Source of the DNA: Acidobacteriota bacterium
Lineage (GTDB): Bacteria > Acidobacteriota > UBA6911 > RPQK01 > JAJDTT01
Reading direction: 5' to 3'
Length of the DNA: 64,000 nt
Assembly (NCBI GenBank): GCA_965203535.1
Contig: OZ241897.1
Coordinates: 452,790 to 516,789, forward strand
Position 1 is the stretch's first letter. Each line of letters starts with the position of its first letter. Made by a program: the position numbers and the translations under genes. Shown here piece by piece: positions 27,699 to 37,139 of the stretch. The notes beneath the pieces were generated by a model. That model had not been told where the DNA came from and ran no database searches. It worked only from the letters and a program-made list of their open reading frames with translations.

Positions 27699-30600
27699 AT
27701 GAATCGATCCCTGATCCCGATTCTCGGTCTACTTCTGTCGAGCACCGGCTGCGGACCGGACCCCGCCTCGACACCGCCCTCTCCGGAGGAAATGCTGGAA
27801 ACCTTTCGCATCAGCGACGAGTTCCGGGTGGAGATCTTCGCCGCCGAGCCGGACGTGACGGATCCGGTGGACATGGCCTTCGACGAGCAGGGACGGGCGT
27901 GGGTCGCCGAAATGAGGGACTATCCCTACCAACCCCCTGAGGGGGGACCGTTCCTGAGCCGGGTCCGAGTCCTGGAAGACCGGGACGGGGACGGCCGGGC
28001 GGACCACTCCACCATCTTCGCCGAAGGGCTGTCCAACGTGAAGAGCGTCCTCCCGTGGAAGGACGGCCTGCTGGTGAGTTCGGCGCCCCACATCCTTTAC
28101 CTGCGGGACACCGACGGAAACTTGAGAGCGGATGAGACGACTCCGCTCTTCAGCGGGTTCACGATCCTGGTGGACCCGGAGGGACAGCTCAGCAACCTGC
28201 GCTTCGGGATCGACAACTGGATCTACGCCGCCAACGACAGCCAGGCGGGAATGATCACCTTCTCCCGCCGGCCCGGCGCCGAACCGGTTTCGGTCCTGAA
28301 CGCCGACTTCAGGTTTCGTCTGGACCGGAATCTGTTCGAGGCGGCCTCGGGAGCCACCCGTTTCGGACTCAGCTTCGACGAGTGGGGCCATCGCTTCTTC
28401 TCCCAGTCCGGGAGACACCTTCACCACGTGGTGGCGGCCCGGCGCTATCTCCAACGCAACCTCTTTCTGACAGCTCCTCCCGTCACTCGGTTCATCTCCG
28501 AGCAGAATCGGCGCATATTCCAGCTCACCCCCGCGGAGGCCTGGCGCGAGGCGCGCACCCGGATGCGCCGGCGGCGCGCGCGGGAACTGGGGAGAGAACG
28601 GCAAACGGCTTCCACCGGATTCTTCAGTGGAGCGACGGGAGCCACCATCTACACCGGAGATACGTTTCCACCGCGCTTCGCGGGCAACGCGTTTGCCGGA
28701 GACGTGGCCGCCAACATCGTTCACCGCGACGTTGTCACCCCCAGCGGGGTCAGCTTCGTCGGCAAGCGGCCCGAGGAGGAACGGGACCGGGAGTTCATGG
28801 CTTCCACTTCTCGTTGGTTCCGCCCGGCCAGTTTCACCGTGGGTCCGGACGGCAACCTCTACGTGGTCGACATCTGCCGCCAGTACGTGGAGACTCCGGC
28901 TTCCATCCCCGAGCCCATCAAGGAGGGCCTCGACTTCTACGCCGGAATCAATCACGGACGCATCTACCGGATCGTGCCCCGGAATTCCGCCTCTCGGCCG
29001 TACGTCCGCCCGGAACTCCACAAAGCCGCCTCACCGGAGTTGGTCGCGCATCTCGCCTCGCCGAACCAGTGGTGGCGCCTCACCGCCCAACGTCTCCTCC
29101 TCCAGCGGCAGGACCGGTCCGCTCTTCCCGCGTTGAGAAAGATGGCGGGTGACCGGAAGAATCCCCGGGCCCGGCTCCACGCCCTCTATGCTCTGGAAGG
29201 CCTGTCCGCCCTGGAGGAATCCCTCGTCGGCGAGGCGCTGAGAGACGGCCATTCGGGCGTTCGGGAGCAGGCCGTCATTCTTGCCGAGAGGTTCCCCGGC
29301 CTTCTGGCCAAACTGGTGAAGATGACGGGAGATCCGTCCCCCCGGGTCGCCTTCCAACTCTCCCTGAGCCTGGGTGAATTTTCCGGTCCCCGCCTGCGCG
29401 GCGCCTTCCGGGACCTGGTCGCCCGCCACGGAGAGGACCCGTGGCAGCGCGCCGCCGTCCTCAGTTCCGACGCCGGCTCCTCGCTCCCGCTTCTGGAATC
29501 GATGGTGGCCGAACGCGGCTATTTCAAGCATCCGACTCCGAACAAGACCGGCTTCCTGGAGGACCTGGCCGCCGTCGTGGGCGCCCGCAACCGGGGGCAG
29601 GAAGTGCAACGCCTGGTTCGCCTGTTGGCCCGGGCCCGGCCACTCAGACAGGAACGGTGGCAGATCGCGGGGCTCTCGGGGCTGACCCGCGGCCTGGAGC
29701 TGGGACAGGCAATTCACCTGAAGCCGGCAGGCGCGGCCGGATCATTGCGCAGCCTGTTGGCGAGCCGTTCACAGGAGGTGCGCGACGCCGCGGCCAGAGT
29801 CGGCAAGCACTTCCGGGTTCCCTCGCTGGTGGCGGCCGCCAGGAAGGTCGTCCTGGACGAAACGCTTTCGTCGGCCCGGAGATCCAGCTCCGTCCGGATG
29901 CTCGCCGCCGCCTCCTACCGGGAGGTTGAGCCGGTCTTGGCGCGTGTCCTGACCGCCGCGGATCCGGAGTTGACGCGGGCCGCCCTGGACACCCTCTCCT
30001 ATTTCGACGACCCGGACGCCAGCCGCCTGGTCCTGGAAAAGTGGAGCACTTTCTCCCCGGATGCTCGTGCGGCTGCTCTGGCGATCCTGCTCAACCACCC
30101 CGCGCGGGTGCAGGCTCTGTTGAGCGCCGTCGAGAGCGGCGCCATCGAAAGGGCCGCGCTGGACCATCAGCAGACGCAGTTCTTGAGAAACCATCCCGGA
30201 GAGGAGATCCGCCGGCGAGCCCTTACAATCCTGCAGGCGGACACCACGGACCGGGATGCGCTGGTCGAGGAGTACCTGCCGGTCCTGGAGCTGGATGCCG
30301 ATCCCCTTAACGGCGGAAAGGTCTTTCGGAGGGAATGCGCCCGCTGCCATGAACCTGATCAGGGCGTCGGAGTGGGACCGGGGCTGAGGACGGCGGTCCA
30401 GGGCCATACGCGCGAACAGCTCCTTTTCGACATCCTGAATCCCAGCGGGCTCATCCTGTCCAGCTATCAGAACTACATCGTCACCACCCGTGACGGCAGG
30501 GTCTATGGAGGAATCATCTCCGCCGAGACTCCCGGCACTCTCACCCTGCGGAGCGGGCCGAATCAGGAGGAAATCCTCCTCCGGGGCCGAATCGCCGAAA

Positions 30601-30737
30601 TCCGCGCTTCGGAGGTGTCGGTCATGCCCGAAGGTTTCGAGGAGAACCTGACCCGCCAGGAACTGGCCGACGTCATCTCGTTCATGCAGGCGGGATACCT
30701 GATCCCCGAGGAACTGGCCGCGCCGAGAGACAATTGA
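27699..30737 (+). CDS. PVC-type lipoprotein: membrane-bound-dehydrogenase-like beta-propeller domain + HEAT-repeat region + C-terminal heme-binding (CxxCH) domain
   Basis: Lipobox LLSSTGC. N-terminal block typical of TIGR02604-like proteins (RISDEFRVEIFAAEPDVTDPVDMAFDEQGRAWVAEM). HEAT-like repeats. Single CARCH motif and a C-terminal TIGR02603-like domain. Length is 1012 aa. Confidence 0.8.
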   Translation: MNRSLIPILGLLLSSTGCGPDPASTPPSPEEMLETFRISDEFRVEIFAAEPDVTDPVDMAFDEQGRAWVAEMRDYPYQPPEGGPFLSRVRVLEDRDGDGRADHSTIFAEGLSNVKSVLPWKDGLLVSSAPHILYLRDTDGNLRADETTPLFSGFTILVDPEGQLSNLRFGIDNWIYAANDSQAGMITFSRRPGAEPVSVLNADFRFRLDRNLFEAASGATRFGLSFDEWGHRFFSQSGRHLHHVVAARRYLQRNLFLTAPPVTRFISEQNRRIFQLTPAEAWREARTRMRRRRARELGRERQTASTGFFSGATGATIYTGDTFPPRFAGNAFAGDVAANIVHRDVVTPSGVSFVGKRPEEERDREFMASTSRWFRPASFTVGPDGNLYVVDICRQYVETPASIPEPIKEGLDFYAGINHGRIYRIVPRNSASRPYVRPELHKAASPELVAHLASPNQWWRLTAQRLLLQRQDRSALPALRKMAGDRKNPRARLHALYALEGLSALEESLVGEALRDGHSGVREQAVILAERFPGLLAKLVKMTGDPSPRVAFQLSLSLGEFSGPRLRGAFRDLVARHGEDPWQRAAVLSSDAGSSLPLLESMVAERGYFKHPTPNKTGFLEDLAAVVGARNRGQEVQRLVRLLARARPLRQERWQIAGLSGLTRGLELGQAIHLKPAGAAGSLRSLLASRSQEVRDAAARVGKHFRVPSLVAAARKVVLDETLSSARRSSSVRMLAAASYREVEPVLARVLTAADPELTRAALDTLSYFDDPDASRLVLEKWSTFSPDARAAALAILLNHPARVQALLSAVESGAIERAALDHQQTQFLRNHPGEEIRRRALTILQADTTDRDALVEEYLPVLELDADPLNGGKVFRRECARCHEPDQGVGVGPGLRTAVQGHTREQLLFDILNPSGLILSSYQNYIVTTRDGRVYGGIISAETPGTLTLRSGPNQEEILLRGRIAEIRASEVSVMPEGFEENLTRQELADVISFMQAGYLIPEELAAPRDN

Positions 30738-30898
30738 ACGCCATGCCGGCGGTTGGAAACCGCCGCTTCCATGTCACAGGTCTTTTCCACACTTGACTCG
30801 CCGGACCCACAAATTGTTTAACGGACTCTTCATTCCTCCTTTAAAATGCCGCTGTAAACTTCCATCGGCACTGGACCAGCCGAGATGGAAGCAACGCC

Positions 30899-31600
30899 AT
30901 GAAGAACGGCAAGAAAATCATCGTCATCGAGGATGAACCCGATATCCAGGAGGTCATCGTTCACAACCTCCTGAGAGACGGGTACCAGGTGGACGCGACT
31001 CCGAATGGGGAACGGGGCCTGGAACTGGTCCGCAGTCTGGAGCCCGACCTGGTTCTGTTGGACCTGATGCTCCCCGGCCTGGACGGAGTCGAGATCTGCC
31101 GCCGCATGAAGACCGACCCTCGTACACGAACGGTTTCCATCATCATGGTCACGGCCCGCGGGGAAGAAAGCGACGTCGTCCTGGGATTGGGCCTGGGCGC
31201 CGACGACTACGTATGCAAGCCCTTCAGCCCCAGGGAGCTCATGGAGCGGGTCAAGGCGGTGCTCCGCAGGGGACCACTCCAGGACCAGCAGAGCCGGGAA
31301 CGAATCGTCGTGGGAGATGTCGTGATCGATGCCGGACGCCACGAAGTGCGAGTCGCCGGCCGGCGGATCGATCTGACCGCTTCCGAGTTTCGCCTCTTGC
31401 ACTGCCTGGCATCTCAGCCTGGCCGTGTCTTCACCCGGGACCAACTCTTGAACCGGGTGGTGGGAGAAGATACCTTCATTGATGATCGCAACATCGACGT
31501 CCATGTCGGTGCAGTCCGCCGGAAGCTGGGGGCTCACAGGTATCTGGTCGAGACCGTCCGGGGCGTGGGCTACCGCTTCCACGACGAATACATGCAGTAG
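30899..31600 (+). CDS. OmpR/PhoB-family response regulator
   Basis: Receiver domain (IIVIEDEPDI...LDLMLPGLDG) and a winged-helix output domain. Confidence 0.9.
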   Translation: MKNGKKIIVIEDEPDIQEVIVHNLLRDGYQVDATPNGERGLELVRSLEPDLVLLDLMLPGLDGVEICRRMKTDPRTRTVSIIMVTARGEESDVVLGLGLGADDYVCKPFSPRELMERVKAVLRRGPLQDQQSRERIVVGDVVIDAGRHEVRVAGRRIDLTASEFRLLHCLASQPGRVFTRDQLLNRVVGEDTFIDDRNIDVHVGAVRRKLGAHRYLVETVRGVGYRFHDEYMQ

Positions 31601-33379
31601 ATGCTCCGTTCCCGCCTGCTGTGGAAACTCTATCTGGGCTATTTCGTCCTGATCGTGTTGACCGCATCCATCCTGGGCAGTCTGGTCTCCTGGCGGATCA
31701 AGGAAGACTCGCTGGAGGAGATCCAGTCTTCACTTCGGACTCACGCCCTCTTTCTCCAGGATTTTGCCGGGCACCGTCCCGCTGACGAATCGGCAACGGA
31801 ACTCAAGGGTCGGCTCCGTACGCTGGGCCGGGAAATGGGAGCCCGCCTCACGGTCATCGGCGCCGACGGCGCCGTCCTGGCGGACTCGCACCAGGACCCG
31901 GCCGAGATGGAAAACCAGTTGAACCGGCCGGAGATCCTGCGGGCTCGATCCCACGGTTTGGATACCCGGTCCAGATTGAGCGAACTCCGAGGCGTCCCCG
32001 CAATCTCCCTGGCCTTGCCCGTTGATAAGAAGTCCGGCATTTTCGGCTACGTTCGCGTCTCCATGCCGCTGTCGGCGATCGATGCGCGGCTGCAGAGATC
32101 GGGGAAGGCCGTCCTGGGCGGCACGATCACCGTCGCCGCCGTAGCCTTGATCCTGGGTTTGCTGGTGGCTCGGCGCCTGCTCAAGCCCTTGGTCTCCATG
32201 ACCCGCATCGCCGAATCCATGGCCGGAGGCGACTACGGCCAGCGCCTGTCCATTGCGCGATCGGACGAGATCGGAGAGTTGGGTGATGCACTCAACCGGA
32301 TGGCGCGCAGCAGCCAACGACGCATGGAGACGTTTCAAACCGATCACCGGCAACTCCTGGCCATTCTCGGCGGCATGGCGGAGGGAGTGGTGGCCGTTGA
32401 CGAGAACGAACGCGTCCTGCATATGAACGAGGCCGCCGGCCGGATCCTGGGAGCCGATGCCTCGACCAGTCTCGGCAAGCCGGTGTGGGAAACGACGAGG
32501 ATCCCGCAAATCTCGGAGACCATTTCCAGCGCCCTCCGGGAAGGGACGGGTGTGAACACCAGCCTGGAAATCAGGTCGTCTCCCCGAGACCGGTCCATCG
32601 AGTTGAAAGCCACGCCTCTCCGAAACGGCGAACAGGCCCCGGTGGGAGCCGTGGTGGTGATGCACGATGTCTCGGAACGGCTGCAGGTCGAGACCATGAG
32701 ACAGGATTTCGTGGCCAACGTCTCCCACGAACTCAAGACGCCCGTCGCCGCCATCCAGGCTCTCGTGGAGACGATCCTGGACGACCCCGAGATGTCCGGC
32801 CAGACCCGGGAGCGGTTTCTTCGGAAGACCCGGAACCAGTCCCTCCGCCTCTCCTCCATCGTGTCCGACCTGCTGACCCTGTCCCGAATGGAATCGGAAG
32901 AGGGAGTCACCCGCGAAACCGTCGACCTGCGGGACACCGTCGCCGTGCCGGCGGAGGAAGCCATCCCGACCGCGGAAGTCAAGAGAATCCGGCTCCGTAT
33001 TCGGGTCCCGGACCGTCCCATGTGGACCACCGGAGACATGGAGGGACTCTGTCTGGTCACGTCGAACCTGGTGGGAAACGCCCTCAAGTACACGCCCGAG
33101 AAGGGCGAGGTGACGGTCAGCCTGAGCCAGGAGGGAGACCAGGCGCTGTTGGAGGTGGAGGACAGCGGAATCGGCATCGAGGCCCGGCACCTGGACCGCA
33201 TCTTCGAACGCTTCTACCGGGTCGACACGGCCCGCTCCCGGGAACTGGGCGGCACCGGATTGGGCCTCTCCATCGTCAAGAGAGTAGTGCTGGCCCACAA
33301 CGGCAGCGTCTCGGTGGAGAGCATTCCCGGCCGGGGAAGCACCTTTCGAGTCGTGCTTCCGGTTCCCGGGAATTCCTAG
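31601..33379 (+). CDS. Sensor histidine kinase (PhoR-like: TM-HAMP-PAS-HisKA-HATPase)
   Basis: H-box SHELKTPVAAI, N/G boxes (NLVGNALKYT, DSGIGI, GGTGLGLSIV). The start is immediately adjacent to the regulator stop. Confidence 0.9.
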   Translation: MLRSRLLWKLYLGYFVLIVLTASILGSLVSWRIKEDSLEEIQSSLRTHALFLQDFAGHRPADESATELKGRLRTLGREMGARLTVIGADGAVLADSHQDPAEMENQLNRPEILRARSHGLDTRSRLSELRGVPAISLALPVDKKSGIFGYVRVSMPLSAIDARLQRSGKAVLGGTITVAAVALILGLLVARRLLKPLVSMTRIAESMAGGDYGQRLSIARSDEIGELGDALNRMARSSQRRMETFQTDHRQLLAILGGMAEGVVAVDENERVLHMNEAAGRILGADASTSLGKPVWETTRIPQISETISSALREGTGVNTSLEIRSSPRDRSIELKATPLRNGEQAPVGAVVVMHDVSERLQVETMRQDFVANVSHELKTPVAAIQALVETILDDPEMSGQTRERFLRKTRNQSLRLSSIVSDLLTLSRMESEEGVTRETVDLRDTVAVPAEEAIPTAEVKRIRLRIRVPDRPMWTTGDMEGLCLVTSNLVGNALKYTPEKGEVTVSLSQEGDQALLEVEDSGIGIEARHLDRIFERFYRVDTARSRELGGTGLGLSIVKRVVLAHNGSVSVESIPGRGSTFRVVLPVPGNS

Positions 33380-33622
33380 CCCGCATTTCTCATCAGGTCG
33401 CTATGCGTATGATGAAAAACAATCTGGTTTTGAACATTTCCGCGGATTTTTCCAAGGATTTTCCGGGACAGACTCCGCTGGGCGCGCGCTCGCTGGTCTT
33501 TTCGCCCTCAGCGCGCACATGCTCCCTCAAACGTAGTCACCACTACGCTCTCGGTCGCGAGCACGCGCTGAGGGCGAAAATCCTGCGCGATCGTCACGCC
33601 CCCTGATGAAAAATGCGGGCTA
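33377..33622. mobile_element. MITE-like element: ~20-bp terminal inverted repeats (GCCCGCATTT(C/T)TCATCAGG) flanked by TA on both sides, an inner 18-bp inverted repeat (TTTTCGCCCTCAGCGCGC) and a central small hairpin (CGTAGTCACCACTACG)
   Basis: Read directly. Left arm cTAgcccgcatttctcatcagg at ~33376-33397 and right arm cctgatgaaaaatgcgggcTAg at ~33602-33623 are reverse complements with 1 mismatch. The inner arms are perfect over 18 bp. There is no coding capacity. The R/G-rich track ORFs crossing it are spurious. Confidence 0.6.
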
Positions 33623-35281
33623 GTCCCTTTTCGGTCGCCTGAGGGGGTCGACGGCGACCATGCCTGCGCTGCGAAATCCGAAGACCTTGGCGTTGAAGAG
33701 GCGAAAGTGCAGGCGCACGGTCTTCCCGGCCAGATCCTCGATTCCCGCGCCGTCCTTCCAGACCAGCGGAACCCAGATGCGGTTCCCCGAAATGGGTTGG
33801 GCCCGGTAGACCTTCCGGTCCGGATCCCCTTCCACCATCAACTCGACGGCTACCGATCCGGAATCACCGTGCGTGCGGAGGTTGACCTCCACCGGCTTTC
33901 CCTGGAAGCGGAACCGCTGGGTCGTGAACTGGCCCTCCTGCGCGGCCTCGATCCCGGCCAGGCGGCCATCCTCCCAGGCGGCCCAGCCGATTCCCCGAGG
34001 CCACTTCCGATCCTTCTGGAAGCGGACTTTCCACCACTCGTTGTGGGACCAACTGCTGCCGACGATGGGAACCGCGATCCGCCCGTCGGGCAGTTGCACC
34101 AGGGAGGAGACGGCGTACATGGAGCCGCCCGCCCAACTCCCCGGCTTGCCCAATTCCACGATGGATTCCCGGCTCATCCAATTCCAGACGATGCCGTCGA
34201 GGCTTGTGGCCATCCGCAGGTCGACCAGACTCGTGTCCCGGTGGTAGACGGAGGCCAGCATGAGGTGGGTGTTCTCCGTCCCCGGGTAGTGGAGGTAGGT
34301 GTTGTTGTAGAAGTCGTCGGAGGGAGACTCTTCGGGTCCGGGGGTCAGGACCAGGTTGGGATGGGGCCACCGGCGGAAATCCGAGGTCTCGGCCCGGGCG
34401 ATGCTGCGGCGGCGAGGGTAGTTCTGCCGCATCAGCATCACGTACTTTTTCAATTTGCCGTCGAAATAGATGCTGGGAACGCCGTCGTTGTTGAAATACG
34501 TGTTCCAGAGCGGTTCGGGAAGGCGTTTCCAGTGGATCCCGTCGGGGGAGACGGCCGCTCCCAGGATGCCGCTCATGCTCTTGGCATTCGGCTGAAACAA
34601 CCGGATATTGGTGAGGCTGGTGGTCTTGTACCGCTCCTCGGGAGGCGCGTTGGGATCGACGAAGATGTGACCGTTGATTCCGGCAAGGCCGTTGAGGGCG
34701 ATCAGGTTGTTGTCCCGGCTTCCCTCGAACTCCACCATGCCCATGGAGACCCGTTTCCAGTTCAGGCCGTCCTCAGACTCCGCATAGCACACCCCCGAGC
34801 CTCCGCTGTCCGACCCCAGTTTCAGGCGGCCGTCAGGGGCGATCACTGCGCGGTCCCGTACGGTCCAGCCGCAGCCATACCAGAGACGATAGCGGCCGTC
34901 CTCGTGGATCACGGCCTTGGGCCCGATGCCGCTTCTTTCCCAAGGCTTCTCCGGTTTGAGCCAGGGACCCACGGGCCGGCCCTTTTCGACTCTGATCTTC
35001 ACGCCGCTGGCGACCCGTATTCTCCGGGAGGCACTGGGTCCGTCCGAGACGTACATGGTGGCCTTGTAGTAGTCGCGCACTTTGTCGATCAGCTGCCGGT
35101 CGTGTTCGGTCACGTGGGTCAGATCGACGGGAAAGATGGCGTTTCCCGGATCCACCTTGGTCCAGTCGGTGAAGATATGAGTCACCACCGGGGAGGCGTC
35201 GTTCTGGGACAGGGAAATTCCCCACGAGAGACTGCAGACCATCCCCACCAGAATCGAATTGAAGCGGCGTTTCGTGTTCAT
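33620..35281 (-). CDS. Secreted glycoside-hydrolase-like beta-propeller protein (five-bladed GH43/GH32-clan-like; family not assigned)
   Basis: Signal peptide after the ATG at 35281 (verified), with RBS gagga. Repeated DG(I/L)HW/NW blade motifs and FEGSRDNN. Paralogous to the next gene. Confidence 0.7.
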   Translation of the reverse strand: MNTKRRFNSILVGMVCSLSWGISLSQNDASPVVTHIFTDWTKVDPGNAIFPVDLTHVTEHDRQLIDKVRDYYKATMYVSDGPSASRRIRVASGVKIRVEKGRPVGPWLKPEKPWERSGIGPKAVIHEDGRYRLWYGCGWTVRDRAVIAPDGRLKLGSDSGGSGVCYAESEDGLNWKRVSMGMVEFEGSRDNNLIALNGLAGINGHIFVDPNAPPEERYKTTSLTNIRLFQPNAKSMSGILGAAVSPDGIHWKRLPEPLWNTYFNNDGVPSIYFDGKLKKYVMLMRQNYPRRRSIARAETSDFRRWPHPNLVLTPGPEESPSDDFYNNTYLHYPGTENTHLMLASVYHRDTSLVDLRMATSLDGIVWNWMSRESIVELGKPGSWAGGSMYAVSSLVQLPDGRIAVPIVGSSWSHNEWWKVRFQKDRKWPRGIGWAAWEDGRLAGIEAAQEGQFTTQRFRFQGKPVEVNLRTHGDSGSVAVELMVEGDPDRKVYRAQPISGNRIWVPLVWKDGAGIEDLAGKTVRLHFRLFNAKVFGFRSAGMVAVDPLRRPKRD

Positions 35282-35373
35282 TTGAACAGTGTTCCTCGGT
35301 AGTTGAGACAGCGCCAATTGAGAATCCGTCCTGGCAGGGCACTCGACTTCAGCCCGGCCAGCGGATGCAGATT

Positions 35374-36873
35374 CTATCGAAACTTCAAGGAAAAGAGATC
35401 CGCGTCCTGCATCACGAAGCGCAGTCTCACCGGGTCTCCCTGGATCCTCCGCATCAGTTGTTCGGAGGTCTTCCGGGAACGGCTCCGGTCCCACCGGACC
35501 TCGTGCTCGATCTCATCTCCCCACACGATGGGCGATTCCTCCAGGGCGAAACCCGGCATCGGATTGCCGTAAACGTCCTGGATCTCGATCTGAATGCCTC
35601 CGGCGGCGGAGGTCGCGAAATTCAGGATCAGGGAGTCGCCTTCGAAGATCAGCGGTTTGGTCAAAAATTCACCACCTGCCGCCCCAGCATTCACGGAGGC
35701 GAAGCCGTCGGTCCGCATCACGAACCGCTCCAGGTGGACGCTGGGAAAAGTGTAGTGCCGCTGCACGTAGATGGAGAGTTCGTCCGGTCCGGTCGGGACC
35801 AGGCCGGTCGCCGGCGTGTTGGCGCGATGAATCCAGTTGCGGACGTGGCGGCCGGGCCGGATGAAGCCTTCCATGAAGGTGCGCTCCCAGTGCTGGCCAT
35901 CCCGGCTGCTGAGGAGGACCACGTCCGAAGCTCCCGCATACCGCTGGGACCGGTAGGGCGCCAGAGTGCGCCAGGGGACCATCCGCCGGGGAAATGCCAG
36001 AAAGATGTGGGGAGCTCGAAAATATGGATTCGCGGCATTCGTATAGAAGTGCTCGGGCGGCGCGCCTCCCACGTCGATGAACTCGGGTGGGCTCCAGCGA
36101 ATGAAATCAGGCGACGTGGACCGGACGACTTCCCGAACTCGTTGTCCCCGGAGGCCCCGGAGATAGGCGACGTATTCCTCCCGTTTTGCATCCCAGAAGG
36201 CCAGATCCCCACCCCAGTCCACAGCCTGCGTGATGAGGGGTTCGTCCTGAATGAGGCGCCAGTGGATCCCGTCGGCGGACACGACTCCCATGACGTGTTT
36301 CAGACCCGGGGTATGGTAGTTGGCCAGAGCCTTGTAACGTTGATCTTCGGGCGCCCGGGGATTCTCGTCCTTGAAGGCCATGAAGCAATGGGAGGGGTCT
36401 CCGTGTGCCCCGGTCCAGACGATGTTGTTGTCTCTGGATCCATTGAACTCGAACAGCCCCAGGGAGGGGCGGGTCCAGTGGATTCCGTCCCGGCTCTCGG
36501 CGTAGCAGGTCCACGCGGGATGGTCCGGAGTGACCGTCTCCCCCGGCTCCAGCATTGAGAAGACGGTCAGACCCTTGGCGGCATGAGTGCTCCCCCGGTA
36601 GTACATGCGATACCGGTCCCCATCCTTGAAGACCGAGATGTAGTCGCTCGTGCCCCCTTCCCATGGACGGTCGAACGAGAGGACCCTGCCGGCCGAACGG
36701 GGGGGATGAAGCTTCAACTCCACGCCCCGCATCGATTCGATCAGGGTGTCGTCGACGAACAGCTCCAAGCGAGAGCCCAGCTCCAGCGGATTCGCCTGCC
36801 GGTCGTCTCGAGCCGGAGTGAAGTGAGTCCCAAGGATAACCAGCAGGAAGACAACAACGGCGCTTCGTCTCAT
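35374..36873 (-). CDS. Secreted glycoside-hydrolase-like beta-propeller protein, paralog of 33620..35281
   Basis: Signal peptide MRRSAVVVFLLVILG. Shares FEFNGSRDNN, DGIHW and YRG blocks with its neighbour. Confidence 0.7.
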   Translation of the reverse strand: MRRSAVVVFLLVILGTHFTPARDDRQANPLELGSRLELFVDDTLIESMRGVELKLHPPRSAGRVLSFDRPWEGGTSDYISVFKDGDRYRMYYRGSTHAAKGLTVFSMLEPGETVTPDHPAWTCYAESRDGIHWTRPSLGLFEFNGSRDNNIVWTGAHGDPSHCFMAFKDENPRAPEDQRYKALANYHTPGLKHVMGVVSADGIHWRLIQDEPLITQAVDWGGDLAFWDAKREEYVAYLRGLRGQRVREVVRSTSPDFIRWSPPEFIDVGGAPPEHFYTNAANPYFRAPHIFLAFPRRMVPWRTLAPYRSQRYAGASDVVLLSSRDGQHWERTFMEGFIRPGRHVRNWIHRANTPATGLVPTGPDELSIYVQRHYTFPSVHLERFVMRTDGFASVNAGAAGGEFLTKPLIFEGDSLILNFATSAAGGIQIEIQDVYGNPMPGFALEESPIVWGDEIEHEVRWDRSRSRKTSEQLMRRIQGDPVRLRFVMQDADLFSLKFR

Positions 36874-36964
36874 CGTTTCATACTACACGGAGGTAGAAGC
36901 GCCGACACGAAAAGCGGGTGCATCCCACCCTGTAGCGCATGACCGGTTTTTCCATGGAAAGAGA

Positions 36965-37040
36965 TGGTAGCCCCAACGGGAGTCGAACCCGTGTTACCGC
37001 CTTGAGAGGGCGGCGTCCTAGGCCACTAGACGATGGGGCC
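36965..37040 (-). tRNA. tRNA-Glu (anticodon CUC)
   Basis: The reverse complement reads GGCCCCATCGTCTAGTGGCCTAGGACGCCGCCCTCTCAAGGCGGTAACACGGGTTCGACTCCCGTTGGGGCTACCA. It has a cloverleaf with 7-bp acceptor stem, anticodon stem CCGCC/GGCGG and loop CU-CUC-AA, T-loop GGTTCGA and encoded CCA. It closely resembles bacterial tRNA-Glu. Confidence 0.9.
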
Positions 37041-37139
37041 ACCTGACGATCAAGAATTTTCTATCCAAACCGGGCGGAGTTGTCAATCCCGGAGACGGCT
37101 CCCGGACCGGTCGGAAAGTAGCGACGCGCCGCTCTCGTG

